Of a DNA stretch of 64,000 nucleotides, positions 36,797 through 52,354 are shown piece by piece. Source of the stretch: Psilocybe cubensis. Lineage: Eukaryota. The stretch is taken from the NCBI GenBank assembly GCA_017499595.2, contig CM039006.1, positions 124,001-188,000 of the forward strand, given 5' to 3'. Below the pieces are notes generated by a model. That model was not told the origin of the DNA and made no database searches. It worked only from the letters and a program-made list of their open reading frames with translations. Numbering within the stretch: position 1 is the stretch's first letter; each line of letters begins with the position of its first letter. Made by a program: the position numbers and the translations under genes.

Positions 36797-39223
36797 TCAG
36801 GCTTTGACCTTCCTAACCTCCCATCTAACCTTGTTCTCCCCGTCTCCAACCGTATTCCCATCTCTGAGAAGAACTACCACCTTTCTATCTCCAGTTGAGT
36901 TGACGGATGGTTCCCAATGGTCAACCCTCCGAAGTTTGCGACATTTCCAAGCAAGCAAGCTTGCAGTTTCGTCATTCTTGCGCAAACGACTCCGTTCCAT
37001 CATTGAAATGTTCGGGTTGATCTGCGGAAGAGGAGGAATAGACGCTGGCAAGTGAGTCGGTCCATTGGAATTGGGTGTCGAGTCCGCCGGGTCGTAAACA
37101 TGGTGTGGTGATACACTTGCACCAGAAACACCAGGGATGTTCGCGTTGCCACCACCTCCAGCGCTACCAGAGCCAGAGGAAGAGACTTCATAGAAGAAGC
37201 GCACACCGTGCATGCTGACCAGCTCAGGTAATGTCGTCATTAAGTCAGTCCACTCGAGCATGTTCTTTTCAACCACCCCTCCGTTTCTCTCGCCACTGCC
37301 TCCGATTCTCCTACCCACATCTAAGTGTTGAACTCCCGGCACGCAGGCCACAAGTCGTTTGACCTCATCGATATCGTGCCAGCCCAACATTTCTACACGG
37401 CGAATTCCAGATCCTGCCGCCGTGCGGAGGTTCTGTAAAAATGCAGCATCTACACTGACGCTGGATGATGAAGCGGAGTGTCCGGAGAGCTTGAAGCCTT
37501 TGATAACCTCCAAAGGTCTATGCTTTATATCAACTGTTGGACACTGTAAGATAGAGTTAATGACATCCCTCGAAGCCTTTATTTCGCGAAGGTGAGGCAA
37601 AGAGCCTGGAGGGAGTTGTAGAGGGTTCGTCCCATTACCACTGGTCTGAATGACCAGGTCAAGGTGAAGTACTTCTAGCATTGTATGGGCAGCAAGGAAT
37701 GCAGACGGTGCCACTGGGGAAGTACATCGAAGGTTCGTAAGAGTCATGTGTGTGAGGTGGGCGAATTTCGGCTGCCTGTCAATCACGCTGTTTACAAGAA
37801 AATCGTCTGCAAGTGGTCTTGCACGTTGAGGAGCCGTTGTGTTATTGGCGATAAGTGCGTGAGCTTGTGTTGATCCGCTGGCAGAGCGTGGGGTAATATA
37901 CCCAATTTCAATATTCTGCCGTGGGTTGTAGGTTAGTGGATATATATACCAAAGGAAAATCAACAAATGATGAGTTGAGAATGTACCTTGAGGTTCGAAC
38001 ATTGATACAACATTGTAGATATACGGGTAAGCTCAGGAAGTTTAGAGGCACCATAGCTGTGCGGGGTCGAGCGGAATACAACGCTCTCCATTGCCTCCAG
38101 CTACGATATAATGAGAATTCAGTTCATCGTAAATTAGATCACCACATACTGTAGGTCGATGTTTAATCAAAGTTGAAAGTCTCCCTGAATCTTCCTCTTC
38201 CTCGTTTCCACTGCTATCCTCTTCGCTATCGTCGTCCACTACTGCCCAGTGCCCGTTGCGAGGTCCAAAAACCAAGTTATCACATATTTCAACAGAATTC
38301 AGATGTTCAGCGCGCATCATAAGCGCCGGCCACACCCGGGCAATTGAGATGGGCGAATGGTTACAGGACCATTTGAATTCTTTCAATCCTGTCATGCGGA
38401 GAAGCGCTGCTGACAGATACCGCTCCTGCTTGGTATGCATATGTAGCTCATCATCGGTTGATTCAAGGTCCGTACCTCCCCCCAGTGTAGTGGATGTGGG
38501 AGAAGACCGCATCATAGTGCGTGGGATGAGCATGGACGATGGACGATGGAGTCCCGGGTGCGCAGCGTTGAATGCCGGGACTGGGGTGCGCTCATCGATA
38601 ATCTCAAGCTTCCGAACGTTGCGGGCCAGGGAACTGTGTGTTATGAGGTGGTTCCAGACGCCAATTGAAGATACTTTGCATCGAATGACTCGGTATTCAA
38701 AATGCCTTGGAAATACTATGTCGTGTAGACGCTTGCACCCCAAACCAATACTAATCAAATCCTTCCGCGAGTCAACATGGGCTAGAATGGCATCGATTAT
38801 CTCAGTGGGCTGTTGAATGAGGCCAAGACCTGGAGAGGATACGATAGTCGAGTTATCGGCGGTGCCAGTGAGATTTATATTTGGAGATAAAGCGCGCACG
38901 CCATGATAAACGAAGGGATCGAGAATGCTGACAAGATGGAGCGAGAGTGCATGTTCTGCTGGAGTCAGTTTAAACTGACAGCCACCAATCCGTGTTGGGA
39001 GGGACGTCAAGAGCTTTAACAGTATTGTCAAGGCGTTGATAGGGTCTGTGCGAGGATGGGCGCTCAGAGACGTGTCGATTGATTGCAATGGTCCATTGAT
39101 CTGTGACTTGCGAGCCCGCACAGGCCGAGAAGCCACTACGGGCTGCGACTTAAGACCTTCAGCCTTAGCAGCAACGACCTTTGGCCTAGGATGTGACTTG
39201 ATGCTGGACGAGGGGGAAGGCAT
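36797..39223 (-). CDS. F-box domain protein with LRR-like C-terminal region
   Basis: Two long ORFs joined by introns; F-box-like LIQQPTEIIDAILAHVDSRKDLISIGLGCKRLHDIV. The 5' end is uncertain. Confidence 0.7.
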
Positions 39224-39743
39224 TTTCCCACTGGAAGAAGAAAAGCAGTATCAACACTGCCTATACAGACTGACTCGGATGCGGAGCCATGTGGGAGTTT
39301 TCCAATACAACCTGTACAGTTTACGGTTCCTGATGGCCGTGTAAAGCTATGTCAGGGCCTTGTGACAACACGTTGTTAAGTATTTGCATGATATGACATA
39401 TCGCGTTCTAAGCGTTTGACGCGTCGCGTTCACGTTTCGCCCCACCCATTACATATATGGTATGTATCTTAGAAAGCATTTATACAACCCGATCCATTTT
39501 TTTGATTGTTAGCTTTAGACAAACTTTATACTCCCCGGTGCCTAATGTGTAAACAATGGCGACCGCACTGAGTGGCCAACTGTGCCACCGATGTCACCTT
39601 AGCCGAGTGATACCAAGTGCTTTCAACATCACAGTATTGACAATGGCCCACCCTACCCAGCATATTTTGTGGCACATATTGAACAAACATTTAAATATCA
39701 AGTTGTTCTCTCCTTAGTTCACCTCTTTTTCTTTCCCTTCACA

Positions 39744-41164
39744 ATGTCATCTGCTAGCCATTTAAGCATTATAACCACTTTTTCCGACTGGAGTCATGCA
39801 GAACGTGTAGAGGTTGATGACCCAGAAGCATCAGCTGCGTGGATAGCTATACAGAAAGCACACCTTGAGGATCCTCAACAGAAACGCCTTTCATCATCTA
39901 CGAAAACGCCTCGCGGATGGTATGAGCCCCATGTCTCGCGATACCCTCCTCCACCCCCATCATTGCACATCAATGCTCCTCCAAGAGCTGAAAAAGTGCC
40001 CAGTTATTTCGGGCCTTTGATCACATCTTCCGAAAAGTTAAATATCATCGACCACAATTCCTGGCGAACATCCGGGAATGACGAATCAGAAGAAGAGTTA
40101 CCTCCACGCAACGATCCCCTCACGCCGCGTAATATGGGTAACAGTGTCCCGAATCCCTATGACGGCATCAACTCGTTTTCCGCTAAAGCGTTGCAGGTGG
40201 ACCGGGATTCTCCTTCAGACTCGTCTTTTTCGATTGGAACCAGGGGGGATGCGGAATACCCTCCGTCCGCTTCGACTTCGTCTGACTGTGGAAATGGCAA
40301 CTCACCTGTCAAAATGTCCCGCAGAAGCGGTCTTCTACTCTCTGCAGTAAGTGCCCCTGCGGTCGACTACATGAATGAGAAAGGCACGGAGTACAAGTAC
40401 AAGGTAAGCGGTCCTGATTTCAATATTTCACTGTCACGGCTTCAAATCTTTGCGTAGACAAATGATTTTGTTGAGGTGTTTATCGCAATCACTGATGTCA
40501 ACGAAAGACGCACATCCAAATGGATCATGGGAACCGTGAATAGGTCTGATATTCTCCCAGGATGGACCACTGTGAGTTTCCCGTCTTTATTGTATCTATA
40601 TCACTACTAAATGCTGGCAGAATGGAGAAAGAGTCTACGACATCAAATACCGTATTAAATACTGCCACCCCAGCGACCCATCGACTGAAGTATGGGGAAT
40701 CTTCAGCGAGGTCGAAATTCGTCGCTTGGTTCCTCGTTTGAGCAACACACCATTACCAAAATATGGGGTACGTGTAACTACGAAGACAGGTGGCTGATTT
40801 TTCTCAAGTAATTGCAAATCTTTTTACCAGACACTACTGTTTATTCGAAGCAGAATTTTCGACCCAATCCAAGGTAAAATACAAAGTACTTGGTTTCCCT
40901 CCGTATGCAACGTGAGTTTTTTGCCTTGTTTTTTCCATTACTTGCTTAGGTTTGTTGCAGGAGTACGGGGTTTTCGGACTGGTAGGGGACTATAGTAATG
41001 CATTGGTGCCCCCAGATAGCCGCTTCAGACCGTGTACTCAGGAGGCGTTAGAAGATATGCGTAGAGACGGGTCGAAGATTTTGTTTCCGTGGTCTAATTT
41101 TGAGGCCTTCTCGCAAGCTGTTAGGCGAGGTAATGGGCTTTGTGCTCCACAGGAACTCGTTTAA
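39744..41164 (+). CDS. Hypothetical protein, multi-exon
   Basis: Long first exon (Pro/Ser-rich) followed by several GT-AG-bounded exons ending CAPQELV*; no family recognised. Confidence 0.5.
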
Positions 41165-41354
41165 ATTCGTATTTTCTTATTATGTATTGTATCTACTTCC
41201 TGCAGAAACAAAATTGCGACTTCCTTGCATTTCGCTAAACGTTTATATTGGATGTCTCTATAAACATATGCCACAGGGCCAGGACTACCGCAAATATGAT
41301 GCAACACTGCGTCATTCTTTTCCGCAAGGTCAAACGGTGGGACAGTTGAGCCCT

Positions 41355-41715
41355 CTACTTGCAGTTGATGGTATTCCCAGTCGTCTCTCCAAGACGAGCC
41401 TAACACATGGATTAATTTTTCAATAAGCTTAGCAGATCTTCGAACTTACAAATCCATCACAGCATGCACTGACAAGACCAGAGCTGCACGCATCCGTCGC
41501 TTTAACACAGTTTACTGGAAATATATTTAAGCATTCTCAGAAACCAAATAACATGGCAAGTACTCACGCCCGACCTTTCCTTCCGGTGTAACTGCTGGGA
41601 TAACAGCATCGCAACAGAAGGATTTGCATGTCTTAGTCTGTGTACTGTTGGCGAGTGCCATGAAGGGGAGGGAGATTTGGAGAAGGGCTAGAGAGATAAC
41701 TGTGTTGAATTTCAT
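41355..41715 (-). CDS. Hydrophobin-like small secreted protein (3 exons)
   Basis: Spliced: signal + NSTQTKTCKSFCCDAVIPAVTPEGKVGLNCVKATDACSSGLVSACCDGFARLGETTGNTINCK*; C-CC-C-C-CC-C pattern with VGLNC. Confidence 0.75.
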
Positions 41716-42137
41716 ATTTATTGAGCGCGTCTGGAGGCAAGATGTTTATGGGGTGTAGCTGAATATGTTTAGCCTTTTATCTGTCCTATTGCATTATCGA
41801 AGTGGATATCTACATGTAATGATCAATGACTCTTGAGACCCTTGAAGGAAACGAAGTGTTCCAGAAGTTACAGCTCTGTGAAGTATAAGCACTGTCAGCA
41901 TGGTTATTAGTAACATCGAAGCCTTCGAGAGTCACTGGTCGTTCTATAATTCGCCGCGTACCTAAACGGTTATTCTCGAAGCTATTTCTCCTCAACTAAT
42001 AGTTATATCCATGCTCGCCTGTCCGCTTCTGTATACTTCCAAATCTACTCCCCATGATCCGGATCAAAAAGGAGAAACCGACGCGACTTAGACGCGTCGA
42101 GATCACGTGCGCCAGCAGCCATCATATCCGAATGTAG

Positions 42138-44094
<1,957 letters not shown>

Positions 44095-44482
44095 TGTAAT
44101 ACTCCTATAGCTTTTCGGTGCAATGTGGTCAGTCTGCTTTGCCCTTCCTTTTCCAAATGCTATATTAACTAAAGATCCGTGGATTGTCGAAGATGCCGAA
44201 TTATACATCTCATTTTTAAAGCCAATCAATCATTCAACCAATTAGGCGCCGGTGACACATGGCTATAATTGCGTGTGAGGAGAGCCAGCAAGAAAAAATG
44301 AAGCTCTTTTGTGATTTATCATACTGTTGAAGTCTCGAGTTTTTCCTAGGTCTGAAGCGGCGCAAATTTTGGTGTTTCCGGATGTAACACAGTTGATCTT
44401 GAAAAACAATTGTTCAACGAGGGAGGATGTGCAAATTTAATACAATAATATGTACAGTGGGAGGCCGTGAAGTTTGGAATCA

Positions 44483-45467
44483 TCATACCCTTTCGCTTAA
44501 CAGCGCGCCAAATATGACCACCACCAGAGCACCTAACACGAAGGAAATAAACGCAATGGATATACGGGCAACAGGAAATTTCTGTTCGGGTAGTGCGTGT
44601 TGGATTTTGAAGTACCTGTAAACGGCTAAAAACATCCCAGTGTATCAGGCCGTACGAGTAAAGCAAAGCTGGCAATTTGAACTCACCGATTCCTAGAACA
44701 ATCAAAGCAAATACTATGCATGTTACCCCTAGCGGCCGAGCAAAGCGCTGGATTCGGCGACCCGCGGGTGTCGATGAATACGCTGACCAAGATGTTAAAT
44801 CGGCGATTGTGAAAAGTTGGACCAGTGCAACTCCGGTGCTCGCCAATGCCAAACTGGTTCGGACGTACGCCAGAAACGTGCGCTCTGAAGCTAGATGGTC
44901 CCGCGCGACGCTCCCAGAGTTCTCGAGTACCAAAGCAGGCTTGAATTTCTTCCATAATATTCCTTTCGACCGTGTCTTCATCAAAAATGATTTATTTCTC
45001 GCTTTACGAGAGGATGTAGACGTCTTAATGGGTCCAGGTACAGGTGAACAAGGCAATGATTGTTGTGGGTGCTGAACATCCGAATGAACACTGGATTGCG
45101 GCGACGGAGATCGCGTCGCTTTGGGTCCTGTAGGTGAGATATCACTTTCACCACACTCATCTGCTGAATCAGCGGGTCCAGCAAGGACATTCAATCCTGG
45201 TCTGGATACCGATGCGGACGGTGAGCATGAATGTCTATCCGGTCTGGCGCCTGATGTGCGAAGAAAAGGGTCCTGGTTATTGTTCGGCGTTGATGGTGAA
45301 TTTGAGTCGGAAAGAGTGGGTATATTGGACGCAAGACTTGGTGGCGGGGATAGGCAACGAGATGAAGAATTCGACGGTCCCTCGCTGTGGTTTCTGGTTT
45401 GGAATGGGTGACGATCTGGGGGCTCCTGTCCTGGTCTATATTGCCGTAACCGTTGGAGCGTATCCAT
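44483..45467 (-). CDS. DUF202 (Vtc1/YidH-like) membrane protein with disordered N-terminus
   Basis: LENSGSVARDHLASERTFLAYVRTSLALASTGVALVQLF; last exon RYFKIQHALPEQKFPVAR...LLSERV*. Confidence 0.85.
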
Positions 45468-46074
45468 GCTGTCGCTGATATCCTTATTACTATGAATTGA
45501 AAGAAAGCAAGTGATGGAGGACGCTCGACGAAAAAGAGAGATTTCTAGTCGAAGGAGTTCAACATACGGTCGATGTTAAAGAGAAACAAATCCAAAAAAC
45601 ATGCCAGAAACATCGTGATTATCAAATATCAAATCAAATTCGGGTATGTGCTTGGCGTCTATATGACGTACTGGGAGGCCCTTTCCTTAATAATAATAAC
45701 CCACGCCCTCCCACGTCGGACTCGAGCCGAGCTCGAGGCACAAGCAAGGTACGCTATGATGCTTTGATGGCTGTCAATGGCATACTCTGTAATTCTGTAT
45801 ACGATTGGTGGGTGTGACTGGGATAATAGAGTGTTATTACACATGAGATGTGCTAGACCGTTGGAAACTGGTCGGCCACCACATTCCCATACTCACTACA
45901 GCAGTCGACACATGTGGCCTTAGCCGACCAGTAACCGATGCTATAAGCCTGTTATGACTCGGTGTAAAAGGTACGCGCGGCAGGCATCGTAAAGGCTGCA
46001 CAGCTTTATCTAGAAAAGGATACCTTTGTTCTTTGAATTACACTTAAAGACTTCCGATCCCTGCGAATGTTCTT

Positions 46075-47205
46075 ATGGCTACTAGTGCCACGGTCTCCGT
46101 CACCACGACTTCATTATCCCGAGACCAAACTTCCGCATTATCAGCAAATGGCCACGGTTCCATGCTTCTATACCCTCATTCATTGTGTAAGCGATGTTTT
46201 TAATTATGTAGTCAGAACTTCTCTTGACGTATCTGCGCTTGGTTTCAGTTGAAAACGATCCAAATGCCGACGTAATATTTTCTTCTTCCGATGGCGTTCT
46301 GTTCCATCTTCAGCGAAAATACCTGGAGGCAAACACTGGAGCATTTCCTGGCTCTGAGTTCGATACACGTGGCGAAGTCACTCATCTCACAGAGCCAGCC
46401 ACTATATTACATCTCTTGTTCCAATTCGTGTACCCTAGACGCGAACCAAGCATCGAAAACCTCAGCTTCGATATATTGTGCTTATTAGCGGAAGCCTCAG
46501 AGAAATATGAAGTTTTTCACGCTATGACGATCTGCAAGATTCACATGAAGCAAGTGTTTTCGTTATCTGACGCTACAATGCATCACTATATAACTGAAAC
46601 ATTAAAATTCAGATACCATGTTGCTAAGTATCCAATGAAAGTACTGGCACACGCCGCCCGTCATGATTATCCTAATCTCATCCAGGATGCTATCCCACAT
46701 CTTCTTCGGGCGCCAACAACTGATGTCATTGACCAGTTGCCTCTCAAGTACATACATCCTTGGGTGCGCCATTATTCCCCATCTGTGCCTTATTAATCGC
46801 ATTCACGAATTGCCCTATTCTGTACACATTTAGGTTCGTTTTCGAGAATCGTGGGATTCCTGTTTCGAACAAGCCATCAAAGATGCTTTAGAACTAAGGA
46901 TCGCGCCCCCGAATGCAACGACAAAACACTCCATATACTTTTCGAGATCACTCACTCCAGAGATATGCAGTACCTGTCTTGTGCAACTGATTACAGTACT
47001 TTACCAGTTAAAATCGACTGAAACACAAGCTGATCTTGCAGAGGGGCTGTCAGCGAAAAGGCCATCTCACAATGGGTGTCTATCGTCAGCGTGCCAATAC
47101 GTAAATATAATACAGGGAGCTTGTGCCAGCCTCAAAAAACGGCTAGATGAAGTTCCTTCATTCTCCACATTTATTCCAATCATGAAATCCGTAAATAATC
47201 AGTAA
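46075..47205 (+). CDS. BTB/POZ domain protein
   Basis: HSLF/ENDPNADVIFSSSDGVLFHLQRKYLEANTGAF...LTEPATILHLLFQFVYP...LAEASEKYEV; typical agaric BTB protein. Confidence 0.82.
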
Positions 47206-47860
47206 CCTCCATCAGTCCTCGAAAATGTCATATGGAAACACACAAGATTATATGGTTAACGCCTGTTCCCTGGTGAATTTCATCATATCATATTCCAAAA
47301 TTTTCCCTCGTGAACCCCTTCTCCTGAGAAAGGCTCTATACTCTAGAAGGTATGTTGTTAGTGTTTGTCCTCTTGAAACTGCTTATATCACTCTGAGCGC
47401 GAGTACCAACTGAGCCGAAACTGCTGCACCGCACGACGATTACCGCCGAGATGCCATCATATTGATGTCATCAAACGAATTCCGCTGAGTTTCAATTTGT
47501 CAACTTTCCGATGATCGTTTTTGATGCCAATTTTGCTCCTACTATCCACAACCTTTCCTCAATCGTTTGGCTCAAGATGTTACTCAAATGGCTGACAGGT
47601 ACGGGAGCGAATGACAATAATATTCTTTCCCTGTATTTCTAATTTGAACATTGGCAGCTACACCTTAGGACAATTCGTGCCCACTTACCCCGAACATCGC
47701 AGTTACCTCATTTGTTTCGCCGTCGAGGAATACATTACCGTTCTGGGAAGGAAAATGTGCGGTACTCCGAGGTCGATTACTCAAGGAACGATGGAAGAGG
47801 GCCATTGTGGCCTTATATAAGAACTTTTCGTCTCATGTAAGAGTATGTATCATTGTCAAA

Positions 47861-49940
47861 ATGAACCCATATCTAATTGTTGTGGGTTTTTCATTAGCGG
47901 TTTGTAGTTTGCTCTTGCAATTGAGCAAACGTAGAAAGCCTCTACCCCCAGGACCGAAGGGCAGCTTCTTTTCTGGTGTCAAGGATAAGCTACCATCAAC
48001 GGAACCCTGGAAGACATACGCTGCGTGGAGTTCAGAATTCGCGAGTGGGTACTTCACACCTTATGTGCATCCGGTCGAGAATGATCTTTTGTGTGTCCAC
48101 TATCTATAACAGGTCCCGTCATCGCATTTAGAGTGTACAATCGGACTATCGTTGTTTTGAATGACCATGTTTCGGTTAAGACTCTTCTTGATCAACGAGC
48201 GAACTTGTATTCCGACCGACCTCTGTCGTGGATGTTCCATGAAACCTGCGGACGAAGAAAAGCCATTTTTAATATACCATCTTCGGATCCGAGGCATCGA
48301 ATTTACCGCCGCTTATTGCAAAAGGGCCTTGGAACCCGTGCCACGATGGAAGCATGGCCTTGTCTGAAGGAGCAGACCGTTGTAATGTTAAACGGTTTTG
48401 TGGATGATCCACATAGGTGGCAACAGCATGTACGCCGGTACGGATTATACCGTCCTTTTTCAGTGACTTTTTCTAACATATGAAAATAATCTAGACACTC
48501 TGCCGCAGTCATTATGAAACACGCCTTTGGCTATTCAATTGAGAGCTTAGACGATCCATTTATCAACGTCGCCGACGAATGTTCTAAGATTTCTGGCTGG
48601 GCTACTGCCCCTGGGAGGTGGCTCGTAGATTACTATCCAATTCGTGCGTTCATCATCTCCTTTCGTTCACCAACGAGCTGATATTCTTTGACCATAGTGC
48701 GCTTCGTCCCTTCTTTCTTTCCATACACACAGTGGCAAAAACAAGGGCGGATATGGAGAGACGCACTAGCTCATCTTTCTGAAGTACCCCATAACTGGGT
48801 CAAGGAACAAATGGTAATTCGCTTCTGTGATAGTTATTGATTCTATTTTACAAATACTAAATAATTCGTGACAGGCGTTGGGGGTGCATGAAGAATCGTT
48901 CACTTCTAGGCTATTGGCAGCCGACAACGGCAAGCAGTCGATTATACAGGTTACGCCTGAAGAAGAGGATATCATCAAGTGGTGTGCGGGAGGCTTATAC
49001 GCCGGCGCGTCAGACACTGTATGATTTCCTCTGATTATGGAAAACCTAAGGAATCATAAATCTATCCTGTAGATGGCTTCGGCAATCACGTCGTTCGTCC
49101 TGCTAATGGCGATACATCCTAACATTCAGCTGAAGGCGCAAGCAGAGCTTAGCTCGCTTTCTGAACGTTATTCTTTTATGGATGTATCGGAAGTTCCTGA
49201 TCCTGTAGCCATCTTTCAGCTACCTTACCTTACTGCAATATTGAAGGAACTTCTACGCTATGCACCAGTAGGTAATTTAGGTGCGTTGCGTTTAAAATTA
49301 ACCCGTTTTATAGTTGTCCAAATATCCATAATAACATCCATTTATTATAGCACTGCCTCACAGCGTGACTACGGATGATGAGTATTGTGGATTTCGTGTT
49401 CCCAAAGGTTCACCCATAATGGCAAATGTTTGGTAAGTAATTCTTGCGGCACAATGTAATTACTAGGAGAATGATATCTAACAATATTGTAGGGCTATAA
49501 TGCACGATCCTGAATTGTATCCAGATCCCTTCACTTTTACTCCGGAGCGTTTTCTTGACGCTGGGGTAGGTAAGAACACAAACCCCGATCCCAGGCAATT
49601 TGCGTACGGTTTTGGTAAACGCGCATGTCCGGGTATGTTCTTCAGCTTGTGCATAAGTCTATCTCACTGTCCTTTAACTGGTCTTGTCTATTAGGGGCCC
49701 ATTTTGCAGAGACGGCAATGCTTCTTGTAATGTCCGCTATACTAATTCGCTTTCGTGTGGGCGTTGAAAGCAGCATAGCAATCCATATTCGTCCTGAATT
49801 CACGACTGGTATTACTAGGTTCGTCAATGTTCTCTATCACTCATGTAGATTTCCACGATGGTCAACGGGAAATTTGTAGCCATATCAAACCCTTTCCTAT
49901 ACAAATAATACCACGTGTCTTCTCTAAGATATCTCGATAA
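47861..49940 (+). CDS. Cytochrome P450, multi-exon
   Basis: N-terminal TM + PLPPGPKG, YSDRP, I-helix AGASDT, ELLR (ExxR), PERF, heme motif YGFGKRACPG. Confidence 0.93.
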
Positions 49941-50489
49941 TGGAAGATGTAACGTTACCAATACTATACGTCTGTATTTCATCTCGTTTCTCACAACTGT
50001 GGCTGATTGCATTCTTTTAGAGTTGGTGTACTTGTAACACAATATATATCTTCGGGTTCCGTTCCAGCTTTTTGTTTGATACGCCTTTTCGGTTTTGCAA
50101 AAAAATTCTGAGATGACTAGACAAGTGAAAATCCACTGGGTATGTTCCGGAGAAAGCCGAAAATCAAAGGGCGATGATATTGTAGCTGAGTCTATAGAGA
50201 AATTTTCAATTGCTAATTTACAGCAATGAATGACTGCAGGAGTGCGGTCAGAGCATATTTGACTCTCATTGTCATTTGGAACTTGCGATTTGTGCCCAAA
50301 TTGTATCCATACGGAAACACGAAATCTCCGAACGCCAAGAAGACGCCGAAAATCAGGGCTGCATATAAATCATAATGTCATCGACTTTTCACCGCGCCCG
50401 TCGACGACGTCCCCAGCTATCGCCATTGCCCTCTGCGAATGCCTTTCACCCCAATCTTCGCAAAATTTCTATAACGACGCACCTTTGAA

Positions 50490-51777
50490 ATGGGACAGCA
50501 TACTGGCGCCGTTGGGATTGATACAGTCACGCTCGTGTCCTTGTTCGTCGAGGCCGTGCTATATGGTACGACCTTTTCTGGTCTTATCACGTCTGTGTTC
50601 TCAGTTCTGATATGTTACTGAACCAACAGGCCTGTTGATTGTCCTCACCATTGCATCGACTGTAGTTCTCGTTCGGAAATCAAGATTATCGAGAAGCAGC
50701 ATAAACAAACCCATGATTACCGCCTCGGCCTTAATGTTTATATTTGGTACCGTTGTGAGTTCTATATCATTGTTATTGTGATTCCGACCTTGACCAATGC
50801 ATGCAACAATACGCAAATCAGCACATTGCGGCAGATCTCCAGAGATTATTGGATGCTTTTGTTCGACACGTTGCAGATCATCCTGGAGGGGCTAAAGGAT
50901 ATCTCAATCAAGTTAATACGCCTATCTATGTGCTTAAGAGTACTGTTTACGGGGCGCAAACGCTTGTAGGAGACGCATTCATTGTGAGGATATTTATTGT
51001 CTTTAGCTTGGCCATCTGCTCATAGAATAATGCCATAGATATACAGACTTTATTTAGTATGGGATGGAGACAAGAGGATTATAATCCCACTGTTTATCTC
51101 TTTTTTGGCGAGCACAGGTAATCCTTTCGAAATTCTATGAGAGTCGTAAATTTTTCAATTTTTTTTAGGAGTCGGCATCGGTGCTGTTCATGGATTCGCT
51201 CTTGCAGCGCCTGACGCTGCGATATTTCTCAAAGATCTTCAACACTGGATTGTATCGTTCTTCTCCCTCACCCTCTGCACCAACTTTGTATCCACGGGTA
51301 GGAATATTCATCACATTGTATCTTGACAGCGTCTGATTCTCGAACGTCTAGCACTTATTGCGTCTCGGATATGGTGGATTCATCACAAAACAAAAGCTCT
51401 AGTGTCAGGGCGTAGCATTCTGCCAGCGATGGTTGTTATCATTGAGTCAGGGGCGATCTATTCAGCCTGTCTGATTATCCTTCTTGCTTTGTATCTATCT
51501 GGAAGTTATACTCAGTATATTGTTCTCGATGCGGTCACCCAAGTTATTGTAAGTGCCCACACTCTGTTTTTATTAACTTGATCTTGATCTTGCCTTTAAG
51601 GGTGTGGTGTTTTCTCTTGTCATTCTTCGTGTTGCATTAGGGATATCCAGCGAAACCAAAAAAACCCGGACTGCACGTATGACGACACTGGCATTCGGCA
51701 GCGGCAAAAATGGAGAACCTTCGTCGGTAGAGTCCGAAGAACTTCCTGGCACGACAGTCCTTAGAAGTTATGTTTAA
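50490..51777 (+). CDS. Multi-pass (about 7 TM) membrane protein, copy 1
   Basis: MGQHTGAVGIDTVTLVSLFVEAVLYG...QTLVGDAFIIYRLYLVW...LIASRIWW...IIESGAIYS; multiple introns. Confidence 0.75.
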
Positions 51778-52354
51778 AACAACCGCCATACCTTCACATT
51801 CGTTTGTTAGGTGCTATAACACCCAGGAACCTCTCCTATATGCGTTCTAGATTTTGGAAGGTTTGAGGGCCCTGCAGGACATTTTTTGGGGAAATGATGT
51901 CCTGTTTGGCGGATTCAAGGTCGGAATTTATGGTCCGACATGATTGTGAAATACTCGAGCCGATTATAAAAAGCTCGATACATTGGATCAACATATATTA
52001 GAACTGCGATTCATGTCAGCTTGATCCGGTAGTGTTCCGATTGATTTTTTTCTGCACAAAACATGGGAATTTGAATTTTGGAATCGGGACTACTGACCGA
52101 GTTGCTAGATATCATGCCATGCTCGGCAGCAGGCTCATGTTTGACAACCACCTGTCAGAACACGTCTTCTAGGCTTCTATTAGAACTATTAAAAGAAACA
52201 GACCGCATCCTCTAACTTGATAGCTCATGGACTGGAGTGACTACTATCCCGGCTGTCCCGCCGGTTACCGTCTTCTCCAAACAAGCGAAGTGCTTATGAT
52301 AAGGTTAGTTTCTTCGGAGCTTTCGTGACTCCCAGGCAGAGTCGCGACTTCTTG

